64,000 nt of DNA from Gammaproteobacteria bacterium (GCA_029246085.1 JAQWOB010000010.1:1552-65551), one strand, 5' to 3'; numbered from the stretch's first letter, positions 1 to 15,239 are shown. A program made the numbers and translations. The notes: generated from the letters alone by a model not told the origin.

Positions 1-165
1 ATGTTTGTAAACACACTGAGTCACTTTATTCTTCAGCATTATAATATAAGAATCAAATCCCTCAATAATGCCTTCTAGTTTAATTCCATTAACTAAAAAT
101 ATTGATACACTTGTCTTATCTTTTCTTATCTTATTCAGAAATTTATCTTGTAAATGTTCCTGCAT
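1..165 (-). CDS. hfq: RNA chaperone Hfq (N-terminal 55 codons only; the 3' end runs past the window start)
   Basis: Manual translation of the reverse complement from the ATG at 165-163 gives [55 protein letters not shown], which matches the Hfq Sm1/Sm2 core (..[36 protein letters not shown]). It lies directly downstream of miaA, as in E. coli and Pseudomonas. It is absent from the ORF track because it is truncated by the window edge. Confidence 0.8.
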   Translation of the reverse strand, partial: MQEHLQDKFLNKIRKDKTSVSIFLVNGIKLEGIIEGFDSYIIMLKNKVTQCVYKH

Positions 166-223
166 AAATTTTTTCCCACAGAATATAAAAGTATTTTCAT
201 ATACTTTATATTGACACTATTCA

Positions 224-1162
224 CTAGAAATGCAAATGATTGTCTATGGCCTTATCAATATTTCCAGAATCTTTTTCAGTCATGTCAATAGAGATACTAT
301 CCTCAAATCGCTTCAGCCATGTAATTTGACGTTTTGCTAATTGACGCGTTGCATAAATACACTTATTTTCTAGATCCTGTAAAGGTACATTATCATTAAG
401 GTAATCAATAACTTGCCTATACCCTATTGACCTCATAGACTGATCTTCCTTAGTAAGCGAGTATTTTTCAATCAGATGAGTTACTTCATCTATCAAATTA
501 TTTTTGAACATATTTTTAGTTCGCATAGAAATCTTCTCATGTATTAATGACCGATCTTTAGATATTAACTTAAGTGTTAATAAATCATATTCATCGGATA
601 ATTTAAGGTTATTATTAAAAAAATATGTAATTGGTTTACCTGTTTGCATATATACCTCTAATGCTCTTTGAATACGCTGCATATCATTCTTATCAATATT
701 TTTATAAGATGATGGGTCAATGTTTTTCAAACAAAAATGTAATTCATTGCAAGAATATTTTTTAAGTAAATTATCAATAAACTTACGTTCTATAATATTT
801 TTTTCTGGTAATAAAGAAAGTCCATTAAACAAAGAATTGAAGTACATCATGGAACCTCCAACAAGTAGAGGAATCTTATTATTACTATGAATATATTTTA
901 TAATTATTCTTATGTCGCTATAGAATTGTCCAACATTGTAACTCTCATTTGGATTGCGTATATTCACAAGGTGATGCTTGATAGATGATAAAATTTTTTC
1001 AGAAGGTTTGTCAGTTCCAATATTCATATCCCGATATATCATCATAGAGTCTACGCTAATAATTTCAATCGGATACTTATTTTTTAATTTTATAGCTAAG
1101 GAAGATTTTCCAATGCCAGTAGGACCAAGCAAAGAGATAATTTTTCCTTTACTAACTTTCAT
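224..1162 (-). CDS. miaA: tRNA dimethylallyltransferase
   Basis: 312 aa with an N-terminal P-loop (GPTGIGKSSLAIKL) and IPP-transferase family similarity. The conserved miaA-hfq adjacency supports the call. Confidence 0.9.
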   Translation of the reverse strand: MKVSKGKIISLLGPTGIGKSSLAIKLKNKYPIEIISVDSMMIYRDMNIGTDKPSEKILSSIKHHLVNIRNPNESYNVGQFYSDIRIIIKYIHSNNKIPLLVGGSMMYFNSLFNGLSLLPEKNIIERKFIDNLLKKYSCNELHFCLKNIDPSSYKNIDKNDMQRIQRALEVYMQTGKPITYFFNNNLKLSDEYDLLTLKLISKDRSLIHEKISMRTKNMFKNNLIDEVTHLIEKYSLTKEDQSMRSIGYRQVIDYLNDNVPLQDLENKCIYATRQLAKRQITWLKRFEDSISIDMTEKDSGNIDKAIDNHLHF

Positions 1163-1596
1163 GTCTTTCTATGTATCTTAACTAATCGAGAACTCTCTAA
1201 TGAGAGGAAATATATATCAAAGTCTGAGATTGGAAGCTCACTAGCAAACTTATCAGGCCATTCAATAAAATGTAGGCCAGCTTGTTCAAAATAATAATCA
1301 ACTCCTATCTCATATAACTCTTTTATAGAATTAATTCTATAAAGATCATAATGAAAAATCTTGAGATCATTAATCATATACTCATTAACCAGTGAAAATG
1401 TTGGGCTACTAACCTCGCTATTACTATCCAGGTAATTTAAGTATGATTTAACAAATGTAGTTTTTCCTGCGCCTACCTGTCCGTATAGGTAAATAATCAC
1501 TTTCTCATGTGGCATAAAATTTATCTCATCAAATATTTTATTATAATGAGATATTGCTGAAAGATGATAATGATTATATATGTTAGAAAGTATCAT
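1159..1596 (-). CDS. tsaE: tRNA threonylcarbamoyladenosine biosynthesis ATPase TsaE (YjeE)
   Basis: 145 aa with a Walker A motif (YGQVGAGKTTFVKS) typical of TsaE. It shows the yjeF-yjeE synteny and overlaps miaA by 4 nt (ATGA). Confidence 0.8.
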   Translation of the reverse strand: MILSNIYNHYHLSAISHYNKIFDEINFMPHEKVIIYLYGQVGAGKTTFVKSYLNYLDSNSEVSSPTFSLVNEYMINDLKIFHYDLYRINSIKELYEIGVDYYFEQAGLHFIEWPDKFASELPISDFDIYFLSLESSRLVKIHRKT

Positions 1597-1600
1597 GGTT

Positions 1601-2509
1601 TTATTTTACTTTAATTTCATTTAATAATTCATTAATTTTAATAATAACTTGAGAGGCCAATAATCCTATATCTCCAGTTTCCTTTTTAATAATATCAGCT
1701 GCTAACGAGTGTATGCCTGTAGCAAATAAAACAGAGGGCACTCTGTCGCTCGTATTTGCTAAGGTGATTAAAGATAAAACTGTTCCCGCCAAACAGTCAC
1801 CCATACCCGCTGTTCCCATACCCTGATTGCCATGATTACAAATATAGCTATTTTCTTTTGTCTGGATAATAGTCTTCGGCCCTTTAAGGATAATAATCCC
1901 ACCATATTTTTCTTGTAATTCTTTAGCTGCTTTTAATCGGTCAGCCTCTATATCCGAAGATTTCTTTTTTAGTAACTGAGCAGCTTCTCCTATATGAGGA
2001 GTCATAATCCAACCATCATACTTATAAGGATCTTTAGATAGTATTGATAAAAAACCTCCGTCAATAATACAATTTATTTTTGTAGATTGAGATCTTAAAT
2101 ATTTCTTTACCTTTATGAATATTTTTTTCGACCAATCATCATTTGACATGCCTGGGCCTATCAATAAATTTTTATAAGATATAATTTTTTTCTGAAAATC
2201 AGATATTTTATAAGATGTTATTAGTTCTGGTTGATGCGTTGACAATATCATAGAATGAGGCTTTGTTGTCATAATTTCAACATACCTTGACCCTGAGTAT
2301 AATGCTGATTTTCCTGAGATAATTGCAGCTCCCAAATATCCGCTAGCTCCACCTATTATCAAAGTTTTACCAAATGATTTTTTATAAGTATTTTGATTAA
2401 GAGGAATATTAAAAAAAATATTTTGGAGTATTTTTTTTTCTGGAGTTAACGTAAACGAGAAAATATTCTTATGACTTATGTCTTTCTTGATGAATATTTG
2501 ATATTTCAT
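1601..2509 (-). CDS. nnrD: ADP-dependent NAD(P)H-hydrate dehydratase (YjeF C-terminal domain only)
   Basis: 302 aa in the carbohydrate-kinase-like YjeF_C family, with GGASGYLGAA and the C-terminal GTAGMGDCLAG motif. The N-terminal epimerase domain of bifunctional Nnr is not present. Confidence 0.7.
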   Translation of the reverse strand: MKYQIFIKKDISHKNIFSFTLTPEKKILQNIFFNIPLNQNTYKKSFGKTLIIGGASGYLGAAIISGKSALYSGSRYVEIMTTKPHSMILSTHQPELITSYKISDFQKKIISYKNLLIGPGMSNDDWSKKIFIKVKKYLRSQSTKINCIIDGGFLSILSKDPYKYDGWIMTPHIGEAAQLLKKKSSDIEADRLKAAKELQEKYGGIIILKGPKTIIQTKENSYICNHGNQGMGTAGMGDCLAGTVLSLITLANTSDRVPSVLFATGIHSLAADIIKKETGDIGLLASQVIIKINELLNEIKVK

Positions 2510-2512
2510 CTT

Positions 2513-3412
2513 TCAATATTTTATTCCATACGTAAAATCATCTAAAGAGATTTCTATCGCTGTTTTCATTAAATCTTTAAAGAAATTATCTTCTTTGTTA
2601 TATATGATAAGTTCAATATTATCAAAATATTTCCCATTTACATCATATATAGAAGCAATTTCATCAATTAAGCCAATTTTTAAAGCCTCGGTTCCCGTCC
2701 AAAATAAACCTGTAAAAACATTACTTTGATCTATCTTGCCAGATCTTGATTTCTGTATATCACTTATAAACTGATCATGAATACTTGCAAGAAGAGTTTT
2801 CAGATGCAGTCTATGTTTTTCCGTAAGTCTGTTAAATGGATCCAAAATAGTTTTATCTTTACCTGAGGATATGACTTGTGATTCTATGCCAAGCTTTTCC
2901 ATTAGAGAGCTTACATTGAAACTATCTAAGCGTACACCAATAGAGCCAACTATGCTTGATGCATTAGCAAATATCATGTCACCACTAGCAGCAATATAGT
3001 AGCCGCCCGATGCTCCGACATCCTCTATTACTGTATAAATTTTCTTATCATTTATTTTCTTAAATTTATTTATTTCATCAAAAATAATTTTTGATTGTGT
3101 TGCGCTTCCACCAGGACTATTAATTTTTAATATTATCCCTAAACAGGAATTATTATTTATAGCTTTCTCAATATGCGGAATAATATTTTGAACATTCACA
3201 GGACCATTTGAAGAGATTTCACCATTAATATTTATTATGGCCACATGATCTTTTGAATAACTTGCTCCAGAAGAAGAAAACATAATGGATATAGCTATGA
3301 GAAGAAATAACCCAAAAATTACTGCTCTTCCAATTAGTTTGAATTTTCTTTCCGATTCTCTCTCTTTTATCAGAGAATCTACTAAACTTTTTATAATATT
3401 ATTATCTTCCAT
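2513..3412 (-). CDS. sppA: signal peptide peptidase SppA, short (36K/S49) type
   Basis: 299 aa with an N-terminal TM helix followed by an S49/ClpP-like fold (INSPGGS..., serine protease motif). Confidence 0.65.
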   Translation of the reverse strand: MEDNNIIKSLVDSLIKERESERKFKLIGRAVIFGLFLLIAISIMFSSSGASYSKDHVAIININGEISSNGPVNVQNIIPHIEKAINNNSCLGIILKINSPGGSATQSKIIFDEINKFKKINDKKIYTVIEDVGASGGYYIAASGDMIFANASSIVGSIGVRLDSFNVSSLMEKLGIESQVISSGKDKTILDPFNRLTEKHRLHLKTLLASIHDQFISDIQKSRSGKIDQSNVFTGLFWTGTEALKIGLIDEIASIYDVNGKYFDNIELIIYNKEDNFFKDLMKTAIEISLDDFTYGIKY

Positions 3413-3444
3413 CTCATTAACCTTTATATGAATTATAATTAATA

Positions 3445-4383
3445 TTATAGGTCATTTTTTAAATTATCAATAACCAAGGTAAGGTCTTCTGGCTGAGGCG
3501 CTACAATTGTATGCCTTCCCTTATAAAAAAATGATATGTCCTTAGAATGAAGAAACATTCTTTTCAAACCATGCTCTCTTAATTTTTTATTGACCTCTTT
3601 GTCTCCATATTTAGTATCTCCACATACAGGTTGTCCTATACTTAATGCATGCACACGAATTTGATGCATTCTTCCAGTTTCAATTTTAATATTAACCAGG
3701 CAACATTCCCTATACTGTCTTAGTAACGTAATATAGGATAACGCCTTTCTTCCTCTTCCATCTTCAGACACTGATACAGAATTAGTTTTATTACCTTTAT
3801 TTCTCACTAAAGAATGTTCGACAGCAATTCTGTCCCCTACTAAGGCTCCAGACAGTAATGAAATATAATTTTTTTCGACGGCACCTGACATAAATATTTT
3901 TCCTAATGCTGAAGCGGCCTGGTAATGCTTTGCAAGTATTAGACAACCGCTGGTATTCTTATCTAGTCTATGAACCAATGAAAGCGATTTATACTTCTCA
4001 ACTGATTTAAGTGATGACATTATATCATGCTCGACTTTTGATCCAGAATGAACTGCTATTCCAGGAGGTTTATTGATAACCATGAAATCATCGTTTTCAT
4101 ATAATATAATTTTCTTGAGGCTTCTTGTTAAAAATTTAGAGACAGATTGAGACGTTAAGTCAACAGAAACAGGTGGTATTCGGACAATATCATTAGCCTT
4201 CAATTTATAGAGCGGTTTTATCCTTCCGCTATTAACTCTAACTTGACCATCTCTTATTATCTTATATATAAGACTATTTGGCACCCCTGTTAGAATTTTT
4301 CTTAGGTAATTATCTAGTCTCTGGCCTTCCTGTTCCGCAGGAATTGTGATCTTTCTAACTGCTATTTTACTGGAACTAGGCAT
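3445..4383 (-). CDS. rluC: 23S rRNA pseudouridine synthase, RluA family (RluC-like)
   Basis: 312 aa with an S4 domain followed by the RluA catalytic motif (HRLDKNTSGCLILAK). It is divergent from rne, as is rluC in E. coli. Confidence 0.7.
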   Translation of the reverse strand: MPSSSKIAVRKITIPAEQEGQRLDNYLRKILTGVPNSLIYKIIRDGQVRVNSGRIKPLYKLKANDIVRIPPVSVDLTSQSVSKFLTRSLKKIILYENDDFMVINKPPGIAVHSGSKVEHDIMSSLKSVEKYKSLSLVHRLDKNTSGCLILAKHYQAASALGKIFMSGAVEKNYISLLSGALVGDRIAVEHSLVRNKGNKTNSVSVSEDGRGRKALSYITLLRQYRECCLVNIKIETGRMHQIRVHALSIGQPVCGDTKYGDKEVNKKLREHGLKRMFLHSKDISFFYKGRHTIVAPQPEDLTLVIDNLKNDL

Positions 4384-4675
4384 GAGATATATTAATTAAA
4401 AGCGATATTAATTGAAGATAGTGTAGATCATTGATATATTAATTCAAAGATTTTTATATTGTTTAAAGAAATTAGCCAAAAAATGGCTAAACTATTGAAA
4501 AATAAAAGACTACTGGAACTAGGATAAATAGCTACACCAGTATATATAAGTAAATTAAACAATATTTGTACTATAAAGAAGGGCAAAATTCACTATATTA
4601 AGAATATAGTTAGTGTTTTAGCCAATTAATTAAAAATCATAACAAAAAAGAGAAAAATGAATTACAGGATTATAA
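4384..4675 (+). promoter_or_regulatory. rne promoter/5' leader region (putative autoregulatory UTR) with two perfect hairpins
   Basis: This is the longest non-coding gap in the window (292 bp). It contains a 7-bp hairpin, TTAGCCA-aaaaa-TGGCTAA (4472-4490), and an 8-bp hairpin, ACTATATT-aag-AATATAGT (4592-4610). The TTAGCCAA motif recurs at 4618-4625, and an AGGA Shine-Dalgarno lies 8 nt before the ATG. E. coli rne is known to have a long structured autoregulatory 5' UTR. Confidence 0.4.
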
Positions 4676-6550
4676 ATGAAACAAATACTAATAAATGCCT
4701 CTCAGAGAGAAGAGGTCAGGCTAGCTATTGTCGAGGACAACAAACTTGCAGAGCTAGATATAGATTTACCATCAAAGAACATCAAATCAAATATTTACAA
4801 GGGAACAATTTCTAGAGTCGAACCTAGTTTAGAAGCCGCATTTGTTAATTTTGGTCGAGCTAAACATGGTTTCTTGCCGTTCAAAGAAATAGCTAATGAG
4901 ATATTCACTCCAGGAAAACTTAGATCTGCTAGAAATTGCATAGAACCAGGAAAAGAAATTGTTATTCAAGTGGATAAGGAAGAAAGAGGTACCAAAGGCG
5001 CCGCTCTTACAACATTCTTAAGTCTTGCTGGGAAATATCTTGTACTGCTACCTAGAAATCCAAATACCGGAGGAGTATCTAGAAGATTAGAGGGCAATGA
5101 CAGGATGACAGCGAAGAAGCTGTTAAGTGAAATAAATGTCCCAGATGGCATGAGTGTTATATTAAGAACTTCTGGATTAGACACAACCAAGGAAACTCTT
5201 GAATGGGATATGAACTATCTAATTCAAATCTTTGAACAAATACTAGAGAGTTCAGTATTAAAAAAAGCACCTTTCTTGATATATGAAGAAAGTAGCATGC
5301 TTGCAAGAGTCATACGTGATTACATCGATGAAACAGTTCAAGAAGTCATCATTGATGATGAAAAATATTATAATGATTTTGTTAATGCAAAAAATCACTT
5401 CATTCCCCACTCAACCATTAAAATTGAGCATTATACTAAATCTGTTCCATTATTTAGCAATTTTGGAGTTGAAGCGCAAGTGCAAAGTGTATATAGAAAA
5501 AAAGTCACTCTTCCGTCAGGCGGAAATATAGTTTTTGATACAACTGAAGCTTTGACAAGCATAGATGTTAATTCAGCTAAATCAACAAAAGGCGGAGATA
5601 TTGAAGAAACTGCTCTTAATACAAACTTAGAAGCAGCAGACTCATTAGCAGTACAGCTTAGGCTAAGAGATATAGGCGGTTTGATTGTAGTAGATTTTAT
5701 AGACATGATGTCGCTCAATTCTCAAAAGTCTGTGGTTTCAAAAATGGCTCACCTCTCGAAAATTGATAAAGCTAAAATGCAATTCAGTCGAATTTCTAAA
5801 TTTGGCTTAATGGAAATATCAAGACAAAAGCTTAAATCTTCCATTATTGACAATAATATTGAACATTGCCCTACTTGTGGTGGTAGCGGCGAAATTAAAT
5901 CGTTATCGACATTATCAATTAATTTGGCAAGAGTTCTCGAAGAAGAGGCAATGAAAACAAATAAGCCTCTGACGGTATATCTTCCTGTTAAATTAGCAAC
6001 ATATTTGCTAAATGAACAAAGAGAATTAGTTAAGGGAATAGAAGAAAGACAGAAAGTATCGATTAAAGTGGTTCCTGATAATACTATTGAAGGTGCAAAT
6101 TATTTAATAGACAAAAATAGTATGGAGATTGGAGCTTTTAAAGCATCTGTGGCTAAAAGCCAACATAGAGACAAAAAAACTCTCAATGAAACAAGCTCTC
6201 ATTATGAAGAAGCTCTTGTTAAAGCTGTGACACCTAAAACTGCTCCGCCAAAACCATCGGCAAAGCCCAAGAAGCATTTTAATTATAGAAATAAGAGTAT
6301 GCTTAGAAGAATTGTAGATTTCTTAAAATCATTAATTGGCATAAAACCCAAGAGGTTTTACAAAGGCAGGCAGTTTAATGGAAGAAGAAGGTATAATAAT
6401 AAGAATAATTATTCAAAGTTTAATAATAATAATAATAATAATAATAAGTATAAGTCTTTTAATAAAAAGAAGCCTTACTATAATAAGAACAACTCTCCTG
6501 CTAAGAAACCACAAAGCGCTTCTTCAATAAAAGAAAATAAAAGTGACTAA
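4676..6550 (+). CDS. rne: ribonuclease E (short form with a low-complexity basic tail)
   Basis: 624 aa. The N-terminus MKQILINASQREEVRLAIVED matches RNase E/G, and the S1 and RNase H-like/DNase I subdomains and the Zn-link CPTCGGSG are present. It is too long for RNase G and is divergent from rluC as in E. coli. The C-terminal about 100 aa are N/K/R/Y-rich. Confidence 0.85.
   Translation: MKQILINASQREEVRLAIVEDNKLAELDIDLPSKNIKSNIYKGTISRVEPSLEAAFVNFGRAKHGFLPFKEIANEIFTPGKLRSARNCIEPGKEIVIQVDKEERGTKGAALTTFLSLAGKYLVLLPRNPNTGGVSRRLEGNDRMTAKKLLSEINVPDGMSVILRTSGLDTTKETLEWDMNYLIQIFEQILESSVLKKAPFLIYEESSMLARVIRDYIDETVQEVIIDDEKYYNDFVNAKNHFIPHSTIKIEHYTKSVPLFSNFGVEAQVQSVYRKKVTLPSGGNIVFDTTEALTSIDVNSAKSTKGGDIEETALNTNLEAADSLAVQLRLRDIGGLIVVDFIDMMSLNSQKSVVSKMAHLSKIDKAKMQFSRISKFGLMEISRQKLKSSIIDNNIEHCPTCGGSGEIKSLSTLSINLARVLEEEAMKTNKPLTVYLPVKLATYLLNEQRELVKGIEERQKVSIKVVPDNTIEGANYLIDKNSMEIGAFKASVAKSQHRDKKTLNETSSHYEEALVKAVTPKTAPPKPSAKPKKHFNYRNKSMLRRIVDFLKSLIGIKPKRFYKGRQFNGRRRYNNKNNYSKFNNNNNNNNKYKSFNKKKPYYNKNNSPAKKPQSASSIKENKSD
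6421..6447 (+). repeat. (TAA)9 / in-frame (AAT)8 microsatellite inside rne, encoding Asn8
   Basis: The sequence from 6421 reads taataataataataataataataataa, which translates to NNNNNNNN. Confidence 0.9.
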
Positions 6551-7949
6551 TGATTAAGTTTCTAAATAGAATATTTTTTATTTCACTAGCAGTTATATCT
6601 TTATTATTTATATTTAAAGACTACCATCCGTTACATAAAAATGATTATTCTCGCATTCTTCAAAATAATGAAATAAAAATAGTGACTAGGTTTGGTCCGT
6701 CAGATTATTATGAAATTAAAAGTGAAGAAAATGGATATACATATGATGTCATGAAAGGCTTTGCTGATTTTATTGGCGTCAAATTAATAGTCATTACAAT
6801 GGATAGTCTAGAAGATGCTATTAATGCTCTTAATAATAGAGAAGTTGATATTCTAGCTAATATGGGGATTACAAATAATGTGAAGACTTCCTATGCTTAT
6901 AATAAAGTAAATCAATATATTGTATATAACTCCAAATATACTGCAAAACCAAATGAAATAAATGATCTAAATGGCAATGATATTGAAATCATAGATTCTA
7001 TTATAATTAAAAATAACTTAGATTCATTTCTTAAATCTATAGATATGAATCTGATTATTTCTAAAGAGAAAAATATTGATGAGATTATAAATTTAATAAA
7101 AGATAATAAAATTAAATATACAGTTTTAAATAACAATGAACTTGCAATATTTAATAAATATTTTCCAGAGATAAAAATTGGATTTACGATAGGAGAAAGT
7201 ATCCCTTCAACATGGGCTATACCAGAAAACACAAATCATCAACTTGAGGAAAAATTATCAGAATATTTTACTCAAATACTAAAAACTAATAAATTAAAAA
7301 AATTTTATACAAAACATTTTACTGGAAAACTTCAATATACGTTTGTTGGCACAAGAAGTTTCCTAGCTGATTTTTTAAATGTATTTCCTCTTTATGAATT
7401 TTATTTTAAAAAATATGCAAAGCTCTATAACCATGATTGGAGATTACTCGCAAGTATTGGATATCAAGAATCAAAATGGGATAAAGATGCTGTCTCATAT
7501 ACGGGAGTGAGAGGATTGATGATGCTAACTAAAAATACATCTAAGGAAATGAATGTTGAGGACAGAGAAGACCCCATTCAAAGCATTGAAGGTGGGGCAA
7601 AATATCTAAAAAAAATGTTAAGAAGTCTTCCTGATAACATAAATAATGATGATAAAATTTGGTATGCAATTGCCTCATATAATATTGGTTTTCGTCATAT
7701 TGAAGATGCTATGAAAATGGCTGATAATGAAGGGGTTGACTCAGGTAACTGGTATCTATTAGAACCATATATTTTAAGATTAAGTCAATCTAAATATTAT
7801 AAGAATACGAAGTATGGATATGCAAGAGGCTGGGAAACTTTAAAGTATGTTCAAAATATTAGACAATATTACGATATCCTAGTATTCTTAGACTCACAAG
7901 ATAATAACAATGAAACCAAACAAATAGATAAACAAATTCCGAGTACCTT

Positions 7950-7953
<4 letters not shown>
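6550..7953 (+). CDS. mltF: membrane-bound lytic murein transglycosylase F
   Basis: 467 aa with a signal/TM segment, a solute-binding-protein family 3-like domain and a C-terminal SLT domain ([25 protein letters not shown]). The start codon overlaps the rne stop by 1 nt. Confidence 0.8.
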
Positions 7954-13591
<5,638 letters not shown>

Positions 13592-13653
13592 AGAAAACCC
13601 TTAAATAGATTATAATATTATCTTAGGTATAATACTACTATCAGGAGAAAACA

Positions 13654-14040
13654 ATGACACAATCAAAAAATAAAATTTTAGATACATTTCAGAATCCCCA
13701 TGTAAAGGAAGACTATTTAATAACAATGGAAATACCCGAATTTACATGCCTATGCCCATTAACAGGTCAGCCAGATTTTGCTGAATTTATTATAAACTAT
13801 GTGCCAGACAAGCTATGTGTTGAGTTAAAGTCTATAAAGCTATACATGGGTTCTTTTAGAGATATTGGCGCATTTCACGAAGATAATACGAATAATGTTT
13901 TGAATGATATAGCAACTTTAATTAAACCTAGATATATATCGGTTATAGGTTACTGGAAAGTCAGAGGTGGCATAATAACTACAATTACGACTAAAAATAT
14001 TAAAAGAGGCTGGAAAGATAAAAATAATATTCTAGTCTAA
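13654..14040 (+). CDS. queF: NADPH-dependent 7-cyano-7-deazaguanine (preQ0) reductase, unimodular type
   Basis: 128 aa with the QueF motif E..CPLTGQPDF and the catalytic Cys (TCLCPLTGQPDFAEF). Confidence 0.85.
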   Translation: MTQSKNKILDTFQNPHVKEDYLITMEIPEFTCLCPLTGQPDFAEFIINYVPDKLCVELKSIKLYMGSFRDIGAFHEDNTNNVLNDIATLIKPRYISVIGYWKVRGGIITTITTKNIKRGWKDKNNILV

Positions 14041-14043
14041 GAA

Positions 14044-14895
14044 ATGAAATTATTTAATGCATATATCTTCTTAATTATTCTATTCACCTATTCTACTGAA
14101 GAACTAAGAGCTTCTGATAACTTAAGTGTAAACACTAAAGGTGGAGTTTATATTCATAAAATTAAAAAGAGTGATTTAAATTCAGATATTTTATTAAATA
14201 ATCAGCAACTATTAACTATAGAATATAAAAATAATTTTTTTTTATTATATGGAATTCCATATAATAGTCCATTAGGTAAGAATGATCTTAAAATAAAAAT
14301 TAATAATCGTATAAGTCACTTAAAATTTAATGTTCAAGATAGAATTTTTGATACTCAACATATAAATGTTTCCTCAAAATATATAAATCCTGGAATTGAT
14401 AGCCAAAAGAGAATCAGTCTAGAAAGAAAGAATCTTATCGAAGCAAAAGACATTTGGTACAATAAGAGTCCAGATTTAAAATTTATTATTCCAGCTAATG
14501 GGATTATTACTGGAAAATTTGGAACAAAAAGATTTTATAATGGTAAAGAAGGAAATTTTCATAATGGTTTGGATGTTGCAGCAGAAAGAGGCTCCCCCAT
14601 AATTTCCCCATCTAGAGGCAAAGTAATATTGACAGGTAATTACTATTATAATGGAAAATTCATAATCTTAGACCATGGCAAAGGACTAAAGAGTATTTTT
14701 ATACATCTGGATGAGATATTGGTTAAAAAAGGAGAAATTATAAGTAAAGGCGACCTAATTGGAAAGATAGGTAATACTGGAAAATCATCAGGTCCTCACT
14801 TACATTGGTCTTTGATGTTAAATAAGACATATATTGATCCAGAGTATTTTCTGGGGAACCGAATAATTGATTATTTTTCCTTGAAGCTTGAATGA
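14044..14895 (+). CDS. M23 family metallopeptidase (secreted)
   Basis: 283 aa with an N-terminal signal peptide. The M23 motifs are present: HNGLDVAA, and GNTGKSSGPHLHWSL (HxH). Confidence 0.75.
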   Translation: MKLFNAYIFLIILFTYSTEELRASDNLSVNTKGGVYIHKIKKSDLNSDILLNNQQLLTIEYKNNFFLLYGIPYNSPLGKNDLKIKINNRISHLKFNVQDRIFDTQHINVSSKYINPGIDSQKRISLERKNLIEAKDIWYNKSPDLKFIIPANGIITGKFGTKRFYNGKEGNFHNGLDVAAERGSPIISPSRGKVILTGNYYYNGKFIILDHGKGLKSIFIHLDEILVKKGEIISKGDLIGKIGNTGKSSGPHLHWSLMLNKTYIDPEYFLGNRIIDYFSLKLE

Positions 14896-14937
14896 ATCCA
14901 TAGCAGAATAGACTATACATTAAAAAGGAGGGGTAAA

Positions 14938-15210
14938 ATGCCACAATATGTAATAGAAAGAGAAATTCCAGGAGCAGGCGATCTAAAGCAAGAGGACCTA
15001 CAAGGTATTTCACAAAAATCATGTGGAATATTAAAAGATATGGGTACGGGAATTGAATGGGTCCATAGCTATGTAACAGGCGATAAAGTTTACTGTGTAT
15101 ACAATGCAGAAAATGAAGAGCTTATAAAGCAACATGCTTCTACAGGCGGATTTCCTGCAAATAAAATATCTGAAGTTAAAAATATGATCAGTCCTAAGAC
15201 TGCAGAATAA
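14938..15210 (+). CDS. DUF4242-like small protein (SCO4226-type)
   Basis: 90 aa. The N-terminus MPQYVIEREIPGAGDLKQEDLQGISQKS resembles DUF4242-family proteins. It is preceded by the strongest Shine-Dalgarno in the window (AAGGAGGGG 14925-14933) and followed by an intrinsic terminator. Confidence 0.5.
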   Translation: MPQYVIEREIPGAGDLKQEDLQGISQKSCGILKDMGTGIEWVHSYVTGDKVYCVYNAENEELIKQHASTGGFPANKISEVKNMISPKTAE

Positions 15211-15239
15211 TAATATAACTAAAGTTATCTGAATAAAAA

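Noticed and set aside
978-1181. Plus-strand 67-aa ORF inside miaA, and the many other 60-110-aa antisense ORFs in the track (e.g. 4966-5190, 5431-5718, 6912-7232, 9487-9693, 10914-11183, 14738-15022, 21245-21454, 25446-25724, 30437-30733, 38520-39074, 43932-44249, 51763-52104, 53459-53940, 56912-57202, 57368-57652, 61657-61869, 63050-63250)
   Set aside because: All lie fully inside well-supported conserved genes on the opposite strand or in another frame. They are rich in Leu/Ile/Phe/Ser, as expected from reverse-strand AT-rich coding sequence, and show no homology or translation signals.
4657-4800. Upstream ATG at 4657 as an alternative rne start or a leader peptide
   Set aside because: It is in a different frame from rne (offset 19 nt). 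The resulting ORF has no homology, and the RNase E N-terminus MKQILINA aligns from the 4676 ATG, which has an AGGA SD.
13592-13653. Possible preQ1 riboswitch upstream of queF
   Set aside because: Only 62 bp separate smc and queF, and they are filled by two TATAAT boxes and an AGGAG SD. There is no stem-loop plus A-rich tail architecture and no room for an aptamer.
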